A stretch of 64,000 nucleotides of DNA from Candidatus Doudnabacteria bacterium (GCA_963768175.1 CAVYGQ010000002.1:7270-71269); one strand, 5' to 3'; positions 10,177 to 20,414 are shown, numbered from the stretch's first letter. Notes: a model not told the origin generated them from the sequence alone. Program-made: numbers and translations.

Positions 10177-10313
10177 GGTTATTGAGAAGGCAAAGCTTAC
10201 CAGTTTTTTCTTTTTAACCCGCTCGTCCTGACAAGCCGGGACTCGCTCTCATCTTTTTTTGGAGAAGTCATCCCGAGCTGCGAAATAAATTCGGCAGTTC
10301 GGGGCGTAATTAT

Positions 10314-10342
10314 AAAAAATCCGCAACCTTGCGGATTTTTTT
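10314..10342. terminator. bidirectional terminator hairpin AAAAAATCCGCAAGGTTGCGGATTTTTTT-type
   Basis: A-run, then CCGCAACCTTGCGG palindrome, then T-run. Confidence 0.55.
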
Positions 10343-10363
10343 ATTTCTACTTAGATGGTCGTG

Positions 10364-11230
10364 GGGTATTCCTAGTCAAATGGAACAGATTTCAGCGTTT
10401 TAGATAAGTAAACATTAGGCGAACTAAAGATTTCCGGTGAGGAAAACCTGAGGCAAAATTCACTCACATATTCCGGCAGGTATTCTGGGGTAGTATGGTG
10501 GTACATCCGTCGGATAAAAGTCCTGAGGTTGCCAAACATGCCTTCAATTTCAGAGGTTAATCCAAACTCAAATTTTTTGTGTATATCAACTTTATGCTTC
10601 ACCTGCCACCACTGCTCAATCTTTTTGTAGATGCCTGAGCCGTCGGTTTGCAGCTTAGTGTTAGGCTCTATGCTTTGAAAAATGAATTGCGAGGCTTCAG
10701 TCTTGTTAACAGAATTTTTAAAAATAACTTGATGCGCCAGTTTTTTACTCCCGACTTGCTTAGCCAATAGTAATGAAAGTTGTTTAAAGTAAGCTTCATC
10801 CATTTGGACACAGCCTGTTAAAATGGGCTGTAAATCGGGCAAATGCAATCGAAATTGCCTAAACCAGTGGTAAACCGCTTCTTCCCCCACATGGCAGAGT
10901 TTCTGGGACTGAAGTACGGGAATCCTTTGAGTCCAGCACCAGAGTAGAGCGTAGAAAGTTCTGAGGTTTAATTTCATCCCTGAAAGCCAAGTGCCAGTCA
11001 GCAGGCCAAAGGGTTTGCGGCATCTCTGGCAGCGATAACGGTTTTCTGATGAATACACTTTTCTGCTGCGGCACCTGGGACAGGCCAAATTCTTTCCGAA
11101 AACGATTTTCCTTAATTGTTGCTTAATTTTGGCTTCCGACGGTATTTGGTTTAAGAGAGCTATCATAAAACAAGAGTGTTAATTATCATAAACTGTATAT
11201 TACTCTTGTTCCAACTGCCCTAGTATACCC
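10364..11230 (-). mobile_element. complete IS1595-family insertion sequence (about 867 bp) with imperfect terminal inverted repeats GGGTATTCCTAG / CTAGTATACCC and an 8-bp target-site duplication TGGTCGTG
   Basis: Direct repeat TGGTCGTG at 10356-10363 and 11231-11238. Terminal inverted repeats at 10364-10375 and 11220-11230. A single transposase ORF lies inside. An 8-bp target duplication is characteristic of IS1595. Confidence 0.7.
10372..11166 (-). CDS. IS1595-family (ISXO2-like) DDE transposase with N-terminal zinc ribbon
   Basis: CPRCRSRKV...YRCQRCRKPF zinc ribbon. LTGT...LNLRTFYALLWCW helix region. VQMDEAYF matches the IS1595 VEIDETY catalytic region. Confidence 0.75.
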   Translation of the reverse strand: MIALLNQIPSEAKIKQQLRKIVFGKNLACPRCRSRKVYSSENRYRCQRCRKPFGLLTGTWLSGMKLNLRTFYALLWCWTQRIPVLQSQKLCHVGEEAVYHWFRQFRLHLPDLQPILTGCVQMDEAYFKQLSLLLAKQVGSKKLAHQVIFKNSVNKTEASQFIFQSIEPNTKLQTDGSGIYKKIEQWWQVKHKVDIHKKFEFGLTSEIEGMFGNLRTFIRRMYHHTTPEYLPEYVSEFCLRFSSPEIFSSPNVYLSKTLKSVPFD

Positions 11231-11457
11231 TGGTCGTGCCTATTGACTTTTTTCTTTAAACCTGCTATACTAATATTACAAAAGTATCGGATAGCCAATT
11301 AGGGGTCGGCGAGCCAAAATTAGCTCGGTAAGACGACAAAAAAGCTATAGCGAAACAAAAATAAACACAATCTAATTGAAATATACGAATTTGTATCGGA
11401 ATTATCCGGATAACCCGTTTTTGGATATTTGGATATAATTTTCCGATTTGGTCCGGT

Positions 11458-11742
11458 TTGAAACAAAAAACAAAAATAAAATTACATATTGTGTCTCCAC
11501 AAGAGCGACAATTTATGCTTGGCTCGGGTAAGCTGATTCCCATAAATCAGGCGGCCAAAGGAACTCCGTACTCCGCGGAGTATTTGAGCTTGCTTGCAAG
11601 AAAAGGTAGGCTGGATGCCGTTAAAATTTCTCGCGATTGGTTGACTACCGAGAACGCGGTTAAAGAGTACGTGGCCGAACAAATAGAAAAGCACCAGAAG
11701 ATGATGCTTCTTTTGGGCAACTCTGGAAAGGAGGCGCCATGA
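11458..11742 (+). CDS. small HTH protein (excisionase/MerR-like HTH_17 fold), paralog of 18240..18521
   Basis: TPYSAEYLSLLARKGRLDAVKISRDWLTTENAVKEY resembles the excisionase-family HTH (AEYLGVS...G.LPAVKIGRRW). Stop overlaps the start of the giant gene (ATGA). Confidence 0.45.
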   Translation: MKQKTKIKLHIVSPQERQFMLGSGKLIPINQAAKGTPYSAEYLSLLARKGRLDAVKISRDWLTTENAVKEYVAEQIEKHQKMMLLLGNSGKEAP

Positions 11743-14700
11743 AAATTTCCAGGAAAATGGCGCGAGCCTTAGGCCGGAAAATTGTTGTACCACAAACCGC
11801 CCTTGCGGTTGTTGCGGTTGTGGTTTTAGGCAGTTTTGCGTTTTTGTGGCTGCATCCCAATAAAGCATTCAAGCCGGAAAGCTTAGTTGAAAAGCAGCGG
11901 GTATTGTTTGCATATAACCAAACCACAGCCAGCCCAGATTCCGCCATCCCTTCATTTATCCAAGTCTTAACTGGTGAAGATTTTTCATATGTCGCGGGCC
12001 CAAAAACAGAAGTTTTAGCCGCAACTCCGCCCCCCTTTAGGCAACAGGATTCTTTACCGAACGTGCAGTCTTGCAAAGAATTTCTAGCTAGCTTTGGGGT
12101 CCAAAGTAACAGGGCGGTTTCGCAGTTAGGGTTTAACATATTAAATGATTGGGAATCGGTAAGTGATTTGGCGGTAAGGTCAAATGACCAAGTTCATACG
12201 CTGGCAAATAATTTTGTATCCGACATTAAAGCACCTTACTTGGCTGCGGCCAGCGTCTTACGTCCCGCTTTGCGCGAGCAAAAAAATCAGGCCATAGCCT
12301 TAGGCGGTAAAATTAATCAAATTTACAACCAACAGCTTTTGGCGTTTGGAAATGAAGGCATTAAGTTTTTTGACGGGGTAACCTCGCTGGAAGCGTCATC
12401 TGTTTCGCGGGCTGTCGCAGCGGGGAGCCAAGTCAACAACTTCTTTGCCCAGCTGAATAAAAATTACAATGAAATTCTTTTAGCCTGCGGACAGGCAGGG
12501 ATAAAATCTTTGGACCAGCTTTCCATCTCGGAAGCAAGGCAAGCCAGCCACGCAGAGGTCATTACCATAGATGCCCAAGTTGCGTTTGCTGATTTTTACG
12601 CGCATGCCAGCGATGACGCTTTGGCTTTGGCCGAGCCGGTACAGTTGCTCTGCGATAAAGCCAATGATCAATTGTTGGCTTTAGGGCAATTTATAATCGG
12701 GCCCGGCGAGGAGAATATTTTGCCGGAGATGACGCACGAGAAGATGCTAGCGACGAAGCTTGCTAACTATGAGGCCGCCATTAAATTAAGTTCAAAGAAG
12801 GTTTTACGTACAAATGCATCAGCGCTTTTGGCAATGGCGCCAAACGGGAAGGGGCAAGTCCTTGCCGCACATACCGTTGCCCAACAGTCCGCTTCGGCTG
12901 CTTCCTTAAGCCGGCAAGTTAAAGATATCCTTTACGGTTTTATGCAGCAGGGTTTATTTGGGCTTAGTGCTTCCAATTACGCTCCCGATGGCATCTTGCA
13001 TGTGGGAGTTAATAACGGGCAGACTTACAGCGTTTCTAGTGGTCTTGGGCAAAACAGTGGCGGCCAAACTACCTCGGTAATTGGTGGATCGTTCGCGCCG
13101 GTATCTTATGTCTTTGGCGGATCGGCCAGCAACTACACCACCGGCAGCATGGGAAGCTTTACGGATTTGTCGGCCACTAATTTTAGTTCAGGCAATAATA
13201 CCAATTTAAACCTCTTAAATGTATCCGGAGCAGCTACGCTGTCTTCGGCTCTTACTGTCGCTGGCAATACTTCTTTAGCTTCCGCATCAATTACCAGTTT
13301 GGCTTTAAGTCAGCCGCTATCTTTAACTTCGGGCGGCTTGGGTATAGACGCGTCCGCCATTTTAAAGGGCGGCATTCTTGCCGGCACGGGCAGCGGCATG
13401 TTTGGCATCCAAACTGCCGGCTCCGATGGACTCTGCCTAAGCGCTTCTTCTACCGCGGTTTCAGGACTGGCCTGGACTGCTTGTACTTCGTCTTCCACGG
13501 CCGTTACTTTGCTTAACGGTCAAAGCCAGGGCAGCCAAACTTTTGCCACGGGCAGCGATGCCAATATTGTTTTGACCGTTATTTCCCAAAACGGCATACA
13601 TACTTTTACCCCAAGCTGGCAAGGGCAATTGGCTGTCAGCCGTGGCGGCACCGGCACCTCCACCGCCCCTACTGCCAACCAGATACTAATCGGTAATGGC
13701 GCTGGGGGCTACAACCTGGTGGCGACCTCCACCTTAGGTTTGCAGCCTGCGGGCAACTACTTAACTGCCGCCTTAACCTCCCTCTCCGGCATGACCGGCC
13801 CGGCCTTAACCATCGCCACCTCCACCTCGGGCAATACCTTTACCTATGCCACCTCCACCAACCAGCTGACCTTGACCATCCCCCAGAATCTCATTAACAG
13901 CGTTGCCACCTCCTCCAGCTCCGGCAGCTTCTACGTCTCGACCTCCAGCACCGGCTCCACCAACGCCTTAACCATCAACTTCCCCAATAACCTGGTGACC
14001 TCGGTTTCCGGCTCCGGCTCCCTCCTCTCTTCCGGCGGCACTACTCCCACCCTCCAGCTGCAGAACTTAACCAGCGGTGACCTGCTGTTTGGAGCCGGCA
14101 GCAACACCTTGGCCACCTCCACCAATTTGACCTTTACCGGCAATAACCTGCTCAGCGTCAACGGCTCCATTAACGCCAGTTCCTCCAACTTTACCAATGC
14201 TTCCACCAGCAACCTGACCGTCACCAGCTTTTCCAACTCCAACACCTACTGTGTCCACAGTGTTAATGGATTGCTCCAGACCACGGCCTCGGACTGTGGA
14301 GCCGGAGGCGGCGGCGGAGGCGGTTGGTCCACCTCTTCTCCAAACACCATCTATAACTCCTTTGGTACCTTAGTCGGCATTAACTCCACTACCCCCATTG
14401 CCAGCCTTACAGTGCAAGGGAAATCCGGCTCTACTACCCCCATCTTTGTGGTGGCTTCTTCTACCAACGCCCAATACTTAACCGTCCTGGCTAACGGGAA
14501 TGTGGGGATTGGGACGAGTGCTCCAGCCCAGACTTTAACACTGCAGGGCACTTCGGGAACGGATTTATTGAACATCGCTTCCTCAACCGGCACGAGTGTG
14601 CTGTATGTCGCCCAGAACGGCAATATCGGCATTGGCACCACCACGCCGGCCGCCACCTTAAACGTGCTGGGTACGGGAATTATCCAGAGCTCCACCAACA

Positions 14701-17700
14701 CCCCCACGGCTTTCCAGGTGCAAAACGCCAGCGGCACCCCAATCTTGCTGGTAGATACCACCCCGACCTTTGGCGCCACCACCACCAATTACATCGCCAA
14801 TCCGGGCTTTGAAGTCAACACCTCCGGTTGGGCGGCTTCCGGCACCGGCGCCACCATTGCCCGGGTGACTACCAATAAGTATATGGGTCTGGCTTCATTA
14901 AAGATTGACAGCTACGGCTCGGGAGCCGGCCAAGGAGCCAGCACCACTGCCTTTGTCATGAGCCCCGCCGCCGGCACCTATGTCTTAAGCTTCTACGCCC
15001 GCACCGACATCAGTTCCTCCAGCTTTAGCACTTTAATGGCCGGCTATAGCACCAGCACCCAGTTCTCCGCCTGTACCCTAAACTCCAACACGGTCTCCAA
15101 CCTGGGTTGGAGACGCTATAACTGCAGCTTTACCGTAAGCGGCCCCATTACCCAAATCTTCATCGGCCAATCCGATGCCAACCCCAACCGCACCTTCTAT
15201 ATTGATTCCATCCAGCTGCAGTTGGGCAGCGCGCCTACCCCTTATGCCATCGGCAACATCCAGCTCCGCGGCGTCATTACCAGCCCGGTGTCCCTGCAGT
15301 CCCTGTCCAACTCCGTCACCGCTTTCCAAATCCAGGATCAGACCGGAGTGTCCAACCTGTTCATCGCCGATACCTTAAACAACGCCATTGACATCGGCAC
15401 CTCCACCGGCACCTCCGTTTTGAACATCCAGGGAGCAGCCGGTACCTCTAATTCTTTATTAAACATCTCTTCCTCCACCGGCGCTTCCATGTTCTATATT
15501 GCGGCTACCGGCAGAATCGGCATTTCTTCCAGCACCCCTGCGGCAACTCTCTCTCTGCAAGGCACTTCGGGAACCAATGCCCTGTACATCGCCAGCTCCA
15601 CGGGAACCGGCTTAATGGTCATCCAGCAAAACGGTAACGTGGGCATCGGCTCCTCCACCCCCACCGGGTTATTATCCGTGCAGGGAACCAGCGGAGTGTT
15701 TACAGACTTAAGCGATCTGGTCTTTACCGGTACCGGTCCTTTAGCCGCTACCACAGTCAACGGCTTAAAGATCCAAAGCTACCTAACCTACGGGGCAGGC
15801 GGCCAGTTTAACGGCATTTACCTGCCGATAACCGGCTCCGGTACCGCCACCGGCACCATTGTTGGCATCAACATCGGCAGCATTACCGCCGGCAGCGCTA
15901 CGGCCACCGCCATCTCCATCGGCAGCGGCTGGAATTCCTACCTGAACCTTGCCACGACCGCCACCACGACCTTAATCAACATCCAGGGCACGGCCGGCCG
16001 CGACACCCTAAACATCTCTTCCTCCACCGGCGCTTCCATGTTCTATATTGCGGCTACCGGCAGAATCGGCATTTCTTCCAGCACCCCTGCGGCAACTCTC
16101 TCTCTGCAAGGCACTTCGGGAACCAATGCCCTGTACATCGCCAGCTCCACGGGAACCGGCTTAATGGTCATCCAGCAAAACGGTAACGTGGGCATCGGCT
16201 CCTCCACCCCCACCGGGTTATTATCCGTGCAGGGAACCAGCGGAGTGTTTACAGACTTAAGCGATCTGGTCTTTACCGGTACCGGTCCTTTAGCCGCTAC
16301 CACAGTCAACGGCTTAAAGATCCAAAGCTACCTAACCTACGGGGCAGGCGGCCAGTTTAACGGCATTTACCTGCCGATAACCGGCTCCGGTACCGCCACC
16401 GGCACCATTGTTGGCATCAACATCGGCAGCATTACCGCCGGCAGCGCTACGGCCACCGCCATCTCCATCGGCAGCGGCTGGAACTCCTACTTAAACCTTG
16501 CCACGACCGCCACCACGACCTTAATCAACATCCAGGGCACGGCCGGCCGCGATACTTTGAACATCTCTTCCTCCACCGGCGCTTCCATGTTCTATATTAC
16601 AAATGGCGGCAACGTCGGCATCGGCTCATCCAGCCCCATCGCTACTTTAGCCCTAACCGGCACTGTCGGGACCAACCCCTTAGTGGTTGCCTCTTCCACC
16701 GGTACCCAGCTTTTGACAATCCTGCAAAACGGCAACGTGGGCATCAATACCAGTACGCCCGGGGCGACTTTAGCCATCCAGACCCAGGCCGGAGTTAACG
16801 CTTTCACCGTGGCTTCCAGCACTGGCTCCACCACTACCTACTTTACCATTACCAGCATTGGCAACGTCGGCGTCGGCACGGCCACTCCGGCAAGCAGGTT
16901 TGTGGTGGCCGCTAACTGTTCCGGCTTCAACGCCAACCCCGGCGCCTGTTCCGATTATGCCGAATTATATCCTGCCAGCGAGGATATTACTGCTGGTGAT
17001 GTGGTGGTTATAGATACCTCGGCCTCTGCGGCCGCGGTCAGGTTAAGCACTTCTTCCTACGATTCCAACCTTTTGGGAGTGGTCTCCACTAATCCGGCTA
17101 TGGTTATAGAAGGCGACAGCGTGCAGTTTATGAACGGCAATTACCATAATGATCCGCGCCGTCCGGCCGTGGCGCTGGCCGGGCGCGTGCCAGTCAAAGT
17201 TACCAACGAGAACGGCAATATTTATCCTGGTGACTATTTAACTTCCTCGGCTTCGCGACCGGGCTTTGCCATGAAAGCCACAGGCGCAGGCATGGTTTTA
17301 GGCCAGGCGCTTGAAAGTTTTAATCCGTCTTTTGACAACGCCACAGGCACAGTTATGGTATTTATCAAACCCATGCACTATGTGCCAAAAGTGGCTGATT
17401 TGCTTCAAATTGGGGCAAATATTGACAATCAGGCATGGCTTTTGTCGCTGGCGAATTTGAATATGACCAACGCTTCGGTCTTTGGCGATATCGCCGTTAC
17501 TGGCTCTTTGGCTGTGCAAAATGATCTTCATGTGGGTGGCATAATTTACGTTGCGACTTTGAATGTGGACACCATTAACGCCAAGAAATTATGTTTGGGG
17601 CAAACTTGCGTGACCGAAGACCAGCTTAAAGCAATATTACAGTTCGTAAACAGCCAAAACCAAAATTCCTCGAACCAGCCCGTCACCTCCGGTTCGGGGC

Positions 17701-17780
17701 AAGCCGCCCCTTCTACCGGCGGTTCTTCCGATTTCTCAACAGGCTTGCGCCTGCGACGGGACAAGTTGCCCCTCAATTAG
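11739..17780 (+). CDS. giant (2013 aa) cell-surface protein: N-terminal signal anchor, Ser/Thr/Gly-rich beta-repeat region, CBM4/9-like carbohydrate-binding module, tandem duplicated repeat domain, globular C-terminal domain
   Basis: N-terminal TM. CBM4_9-like segment NPGFEVNTSGW...GTYVLSFYART...WRRYNCSFT...FYIDSIQL. Recurring T.T..L.V.QNGNVGIG..TP.A.L.V.G repeats. Exact 183-aa duplication. Confidence 0.7.
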   Translation: MKISRKMARALGRKIVVPQTALAVVAVVVLGSFAFLWLHPNKAFKPESLVEKQRVLFAYNQTTASPDSAIPSFIQVLTGEDFSYVAGPKTEVLAATPPPFRQQDSLPNVQSCKEFLASFGVQSNRAVSQLGFNILNDWESVSDLAVRSNDQVHTLANNFVSDIKAPYLAAASVLRPALREQKNQAIALGGKINQIYNQQLLAFGNEGIKFFDGVTSLEASSVSRAVAAGSQVNNFFAQLNKNYNEILLACGQAGIKSLDQLSISEARQASHAEVITIDAQVAFADFYAHASDDALALAEPVQLLCDKANDQLLALGQFIIGPGEENILPEMTHEKMLATKLANYEAAIKLSSKKVLRTNASALLAMAPNGKGQVLAAHTVAQQSASAASLSRQVKDILYGFMQQGLFGLSASNYAPDGILHVGVNNGQTYSVSSGLGQNSGGQTTSVIGGSFAPVSYVFGGSASNYTTGSMGSFTDLSATNFSSGNNTNLNLLNVSGAATLSSALTVAGNTSLASASITSLALSQPLSLTSGGLGIDASAILKGGILAGTGSGMFGIQTAGSDGLCLSASSTAVSGLAWTACTSSSTAVTLLNGQSQGSQTFATGSDANIVLTVISQNGIHTFTPSWQGQLAVSRGGTGTSTAPTANQILIGNGAGGYNLVATSTLGLQPAGNYLTAALTSLSGMTGPALTIATSTSGNTFTYATSTNQLTLTIPQNLINSVATSSSSGSFYVSTSSTGSTNALTINFPNNLVTSVSGSGSLLSSGGTTPTLQLQNLTSGDLLFGAGSNTLATSTNLTFTGNNLLSVNGSINASSSNFTNASTSNLTVTSFSNSNTYCVHSVNGLLQTTASDCGAGGGGGGGWSTSSPNTIYNSFGTLVGINSTTPIASLTVQGKSGSTTPIFVVASSTNAQYLTVLANGNVGIGTSAPAQTLTLQGTSGTDLLNIASSTGTSVLYVAQNGNIGIGTTTPAATLNVLGTGIIQSSTNTPTAFQVQNASGTPILLVDTTPTFGATTTNYIANPGFEVNTSGWAASGTGATIARVTTNKYMGLASLKIDSYGSGAGQGASTTAFVMSPAAGTYVLSFYARTDISSSSFSTLMAGYSTSTQFSACTLNSNTVSNLGWRRYNCSFTVSGPITQIFIGQSDANPNRTFYIDSIQLQLGSAPTPYAIGNIQLRGVITSPVSLQSLSNSVTAFQIQDQTGVSNLFIADTLNNAIDIGTSTGTSVLNIQGAAGTSNSLLNISSSTGASMFYIAATGRIGISSSTPAATLSLQGTSGTNALYIASSTGTGLMVIQQNGNVGIGSSTPTGLLSVQGTSGVFTDLSDLVFTGTGPLAATTVNGLKIQSYLTYGAGGQFNGIYLPITGSGTATGTIVGINIGSITAGSATATAISIGSGWNSYLNLATTATTTLINIQGTAGRDTLNISSSTGASMFYIAATGRIGISSSTPAATLSLQGTSGTNALYIASSTGTGLMVIQQNGNVGIGSSTPTGLLSVQGTSGVFTDLSDLVFTGTGPLAATTVNGLKIQSYLTYGAGGQFNGIYLPITGSGTATGTIVGINIGSITAGSATATAISIGSGWNSYLNLATTATTTLINIQGTAGRDTLNISSSTGASMFYITNGGNVGIGSSSPIATLALTGTVGTNPLVVASSTGTQLLTILQNGNVGINTSTPGATLAIQTQAGVNAFTVASSTGSTTTYFTITSIGNVGVGTATPASRFVVAANCSGFNANPGACSDYAELYPASEDITAGDVVVIDTSASAAAVRLSTSSYDSNLLGVVSTNPAMVIEGDSVQFMNGNYHNDPRRPAVALAGRVPVKVTNENGNIYPGDYLTSSASRPGFAMKATGAGMVLGQALESFNPSFDNATGTVMVFIKPMHYVPKVADLLQIGANIDNQAWLLSLANLNMTNASVFGDIAVTGSLAVQNDLHVGGIIYVATLNVDTINAKKLCLGQTCVTEDQLKAILQFVNSQNQNSSNQPVTSGSGQAAPSTGGSSDFSTGLRLRRDKLPLN
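15462..16559 (+). repeat. near-identical tandem duplication, 2 x 549 bp, inside the giant gene
   Basis: Minus-strand ORFs 15494..15760 and 16043..16309 are identical (offset 549). Sequence starting 15462 repeats at 16011. A third, diverged partial unit begins near 16558. Confidence 0.85.
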
Positions 17781-18114
17781 ATTCGGGGCAAGTTGCCGGC
17801 ACTTCCACACCGGCCGCTGTTGATACTAATTTGCCGCCAGAAACCTCACCGGATACGGGCAATACGGTAGATACGATAAATGTTGCCCCGTCTGACACCG
17901 CGTCGCCTTCTTCCACTACCGAGTCATCACCGTCACAGGATCCCGCGCCAGCCGCGGTGCCTGCTCCCCAAGCTGACCTGGCACCATTGGATGCGCAACC
18001 GGCATCCGATTCTTCCGCTCCAGCCACCCCTTAAAAAATTGTTTGTAAATAAAGAGGCCTTTTACGCTACGCAAAAAGTCTCTTTATTGTGGTCTAATTC
18101 TTGCTGATAAGCCA

Positions 18115-18232
18115 AAAAAAGTATCGGTTAAACTATTAAGTATCGTTTTAACAAATAAATATCGTTTAAATTAATTTATATCGGTTAGACAAACAAATAT
18201 TGTTTAAACTATAATATATCGGTTAAGCTATA
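18115..18232 (+). promoter_or_regulatory. iteron-like array: six (A)TATCG(G)TTWAAC direct repeats at about 20-21-nt spacing upstream of the second HTH gene
   Basis: GTATCGGTTAAAC, GTATCGTTTTAAC, ATATCGTTTAAAT, TATATCGGTTAGAC, AATATTGTTTAAAC, TATATCGGTTAAGC. Confidence 0.55.
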
Positions 18233-18239
18233 TAATGTC

Positions 18240-18521
18240 ATGCTTACCCCAGATCAGCAAAAAATTTCAAATTCCAGCAGGCTTGTGTCCTTAAGCCAAG
18301 CCGCGTCACAGACGCCGTATTCGGCGGAGTACTTAGGTTTGTTGGCGCGGAAGGGGAAACTGAAAGCGGTAAAAATCGGCCGCGACTGGTTGACAACCGA
18401 GCAAGCGGTTAAAGAATATACGACAAAGCAAATACAAAAGCACGAGAGAATGCTAAAAAAACTGAGTTCGTCAGGCGAGGGGGGAACGGCCACAAAAACG
18501 CTGAATTATCATCACGAATAA
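18240..18521 (+). CDS. small HTH protein (excisionase-like), paralog of 11458..11742
   Basis: TPYSAEYLGLLARKGKLKAVKIGRDWLTTEQAVKEY shares about 55 percent identity with the upstream paralog. Confidence 0.45.
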   Translation: MLTPDQQKISNSSRLVSLSQAASQTPYSAEYLGLLARKGKLKAVKIGRDWLTTEQAVKEYTTKQIQKHERMLKKLSSSGEGGTATKTLNYHHE

Positions 18522-18631
18522 GCCGCTGATTTGTCGCTGATTACTACGCTGAACGGACGCTGGAATAGAAATTAAAATGCTAACCGAAAGGTTAGCATTT
18601 TCGTATTTCCATCTTTCGTGATTAGTAGAAG

Positions 18632-20230
18632 TTATCCCCACTCAATCGTAACCGGCGGCTTGTCGGATATCCTGTAAACCACGGCGCCGACTTCGCGGAT
18701 TTCATTGGTCATGCGCTGGGAGACGTGTTTGAGAAAATCGTAGGGGAGTTCCGTGGCTCTGGCGGTAAACCCGTTAACAGACCAAACCGCCCAGAGGGCA
18801 ATTACGTGGCCTTGGGCCGCGTCGTCGCCTTTAGTGCAGGTTGTCGTGGAGTTTGTGACCACAGCGCCAGCTTGCCAGATGTTGTTATATAAATTCCATT
18901 TGCGCATTTCTTCTATGTAAATTCCGTCTACCAACCTGGCCGTGTGCAGTTTTTCCGCCGTGACTTCGCCTTCTATCCTGACCACTAAGCCGGGTCCGGG
19001 GAAAGGCTGGCGGACCAAAAGCTCTTCCGGCACTCCCATAAAGCGGCCAATGTTCCGCCCCGTGTCTTTAACGCAATCGCTAAGTGGCTGGATTTCCGGC
19101 AGGCCAAAATTTAAATTGACGTTATGATGGATTTTTATTTGCGCTTTTTTGGAGCCGCTGTCATATCCGCCCCCGCTTTCAGAAATGTCCGTGTATAGCG
19201 TGCCCTGCGCGATAAAGTCCGCGTCAAAGCTTTTGGCTTCTTCTTCCAAAACCTGTTTATAGATGTCGCGCATGGCAAGCCTTTTGTCGTGCATGGACAT
19301 TTTACCTTTCAACGCGGCCAAAAAATTTTTGGTGGCGTCGACAATTTTTATTTTTATCCACTTTTGGCCGCCAAAATACTTTAACACATTGGCTTCGTCG
19401 TCAGGCCGGTCTATGCCTTTAATGTAGACGCCTAAAATTTGGCCAGATTTTCCACTAACGGCATTTTTTAACAGGTAAGCCACGGTTGAGGAATCGCTAC
19501 CGCCGGACAGCGCCAGCAGAACTTTTTTGTTACCGATTTTTTTCTTAAGTTCGGCAATTTTTTTGTGTGCCACTTCGGAGGCCGGGAACCTGTCTTTGGC
19601 GCCGCAAATATTAAAGCAAAAATTTTCGTAGATTTTAGTTCCATATTTGGTCTCCGTAACCTCGGGATGGAATTGCACGCCCCAAAGGTGTTTGAAACTG
19701 CCGGCGGCTGCGGGAGCGTTATCGGTCGTGCCAAAAATATCCAGTTTGGGATCGGCGAATATTTTGTCGCCATGGCTTTCCAAAACTTCGGATTTTTTTG
19801 GCAGACCTTCCAGAAGCTTTGACGGTTTAACAATATTGAATATATGCGTGCCGAATTCGCGCTTATCGGAAGCCGTTACCGGTATCCCGACATGATGCGC
19901 CCACATTTGATAGCCCAAGCAAATGCCCAGAACCGGAAGGCCTAAATCAAAAATTGCTTCGTCAAACGGGGGGTTTTCATACGCGGAAGCCGGCCCGCCG
20001 GAAAGAATTATGCCAATTGGGTTTACTTTTTTGACATCAGCCGCTGTCACGGACGCGGGATCGGCCACTAGACAAAAAACGCCCAAGGCGTCCAATTTTT
20101 GTTTAATTAAATGGTCAAACTGGCTGCCCATGGAAAATAACAAAAAAAGTTCATCTGTCTTGCGAACCTTTTTTTCTTCGGCAATTTTCACCAAAGCTTC
20201 AGCGGTAGCTTTTTTGAAAGTTTGGAGCAT
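18632..20230 (-). CDS. guaA: GMP synthase (glutamine-hydrolysing)
   Basis: Class I GATase (GICLGYQ, HPE) plus ATP-PPase P-loop LLALSGGSDSS. Confidence 0.85.
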   Translation of the reverse strand: MLQTFKKATAEALVKIAEEKKVRKTDELFLLFSMGSQFDHLIKQKLDALGVFCLVADPASVTAADVKKVNPIGIILSGGPASAYENPPFDEAIFDLGLPVLGICLGYQMWAHHVGIPVTASDKREFGTHIFNIVKPSKLLEGLPKKSEVLESHGDKIFADPKLDIFGTTDNAPAAAGSFKHLWGVQFHPEVTETKYGTKIYENFCFNICGAKDRFPASEVAHKKIAELKKKIGNKKVLLALSGGSDSSTVAYLLKNAVSGKSGQILGVYIKGIDRPDDEANVLKYFGGQKWIKIKIVDATKNFLAALKGKMSMHDKRLAMRDIYKQVLEEEAKSFDADFIAQGTLYTDISESGGGYDSGSKKAQIKIHHNVNLNFGLPEIQPLSDCVKDTGRNIGRFMGVPEELLVRQPFPGPGLVVRIEGEVTAEKLHTARLVDGIYIEEMRKWNLYNNIWQAGAVVTNSTTTCTKGDDAAQGHVIALWAVWSVNGFTARATELPYDFLKHVSQRMTNEIREVGAVVYRISDKPPVTIEWG

Positions 20231-20414
20231 AGCTTATTCATTATTTTTCTCTCCCTCTGGGAGAGAGTGCCGCCCTGACCTCGCGTCGGGGCGGGAGAGA
20301 GGGTTTTTTACGACGATTTTTATCATTATATCTAAAATTAGAAAGATAATCAAAAAAGCCGTTCAAAGAGCTTGTGGTTCGTTCTGGCGTTTTTATGGAC
20401 GGCCTAGGAGGAGG

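Noticed and set aside
8740-10231. Antisense and overlapping ORFs within guaB, and similar ones within purA, guaA, acs, glmS and ligA
   Set aside because: They fall inside well-supported conserved genes on the opposite strand or in alternate frames. GC-rich coding regions generate such open frames by chance.
15494-16309. Two identical 88-aa minus-strand ORFs (15494..15760 and 16043..16309)
   Set aside because: They are antisense reflections of the exact 549-bp tandem duplication inside the giant plus-strand gene, not genes.
17831-18034. 67-aa ORF after the giant gene as an independent gene
   Set aside because: It is low-complexity Ser/Pro/Ala-rich sequence in a frame continuous with the giant gene's last 90 nt. 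It is more likely a frameshifted or alternative C-terminal extension, or non-coding, than a separate gene. It is noted under the giant-protein finding.
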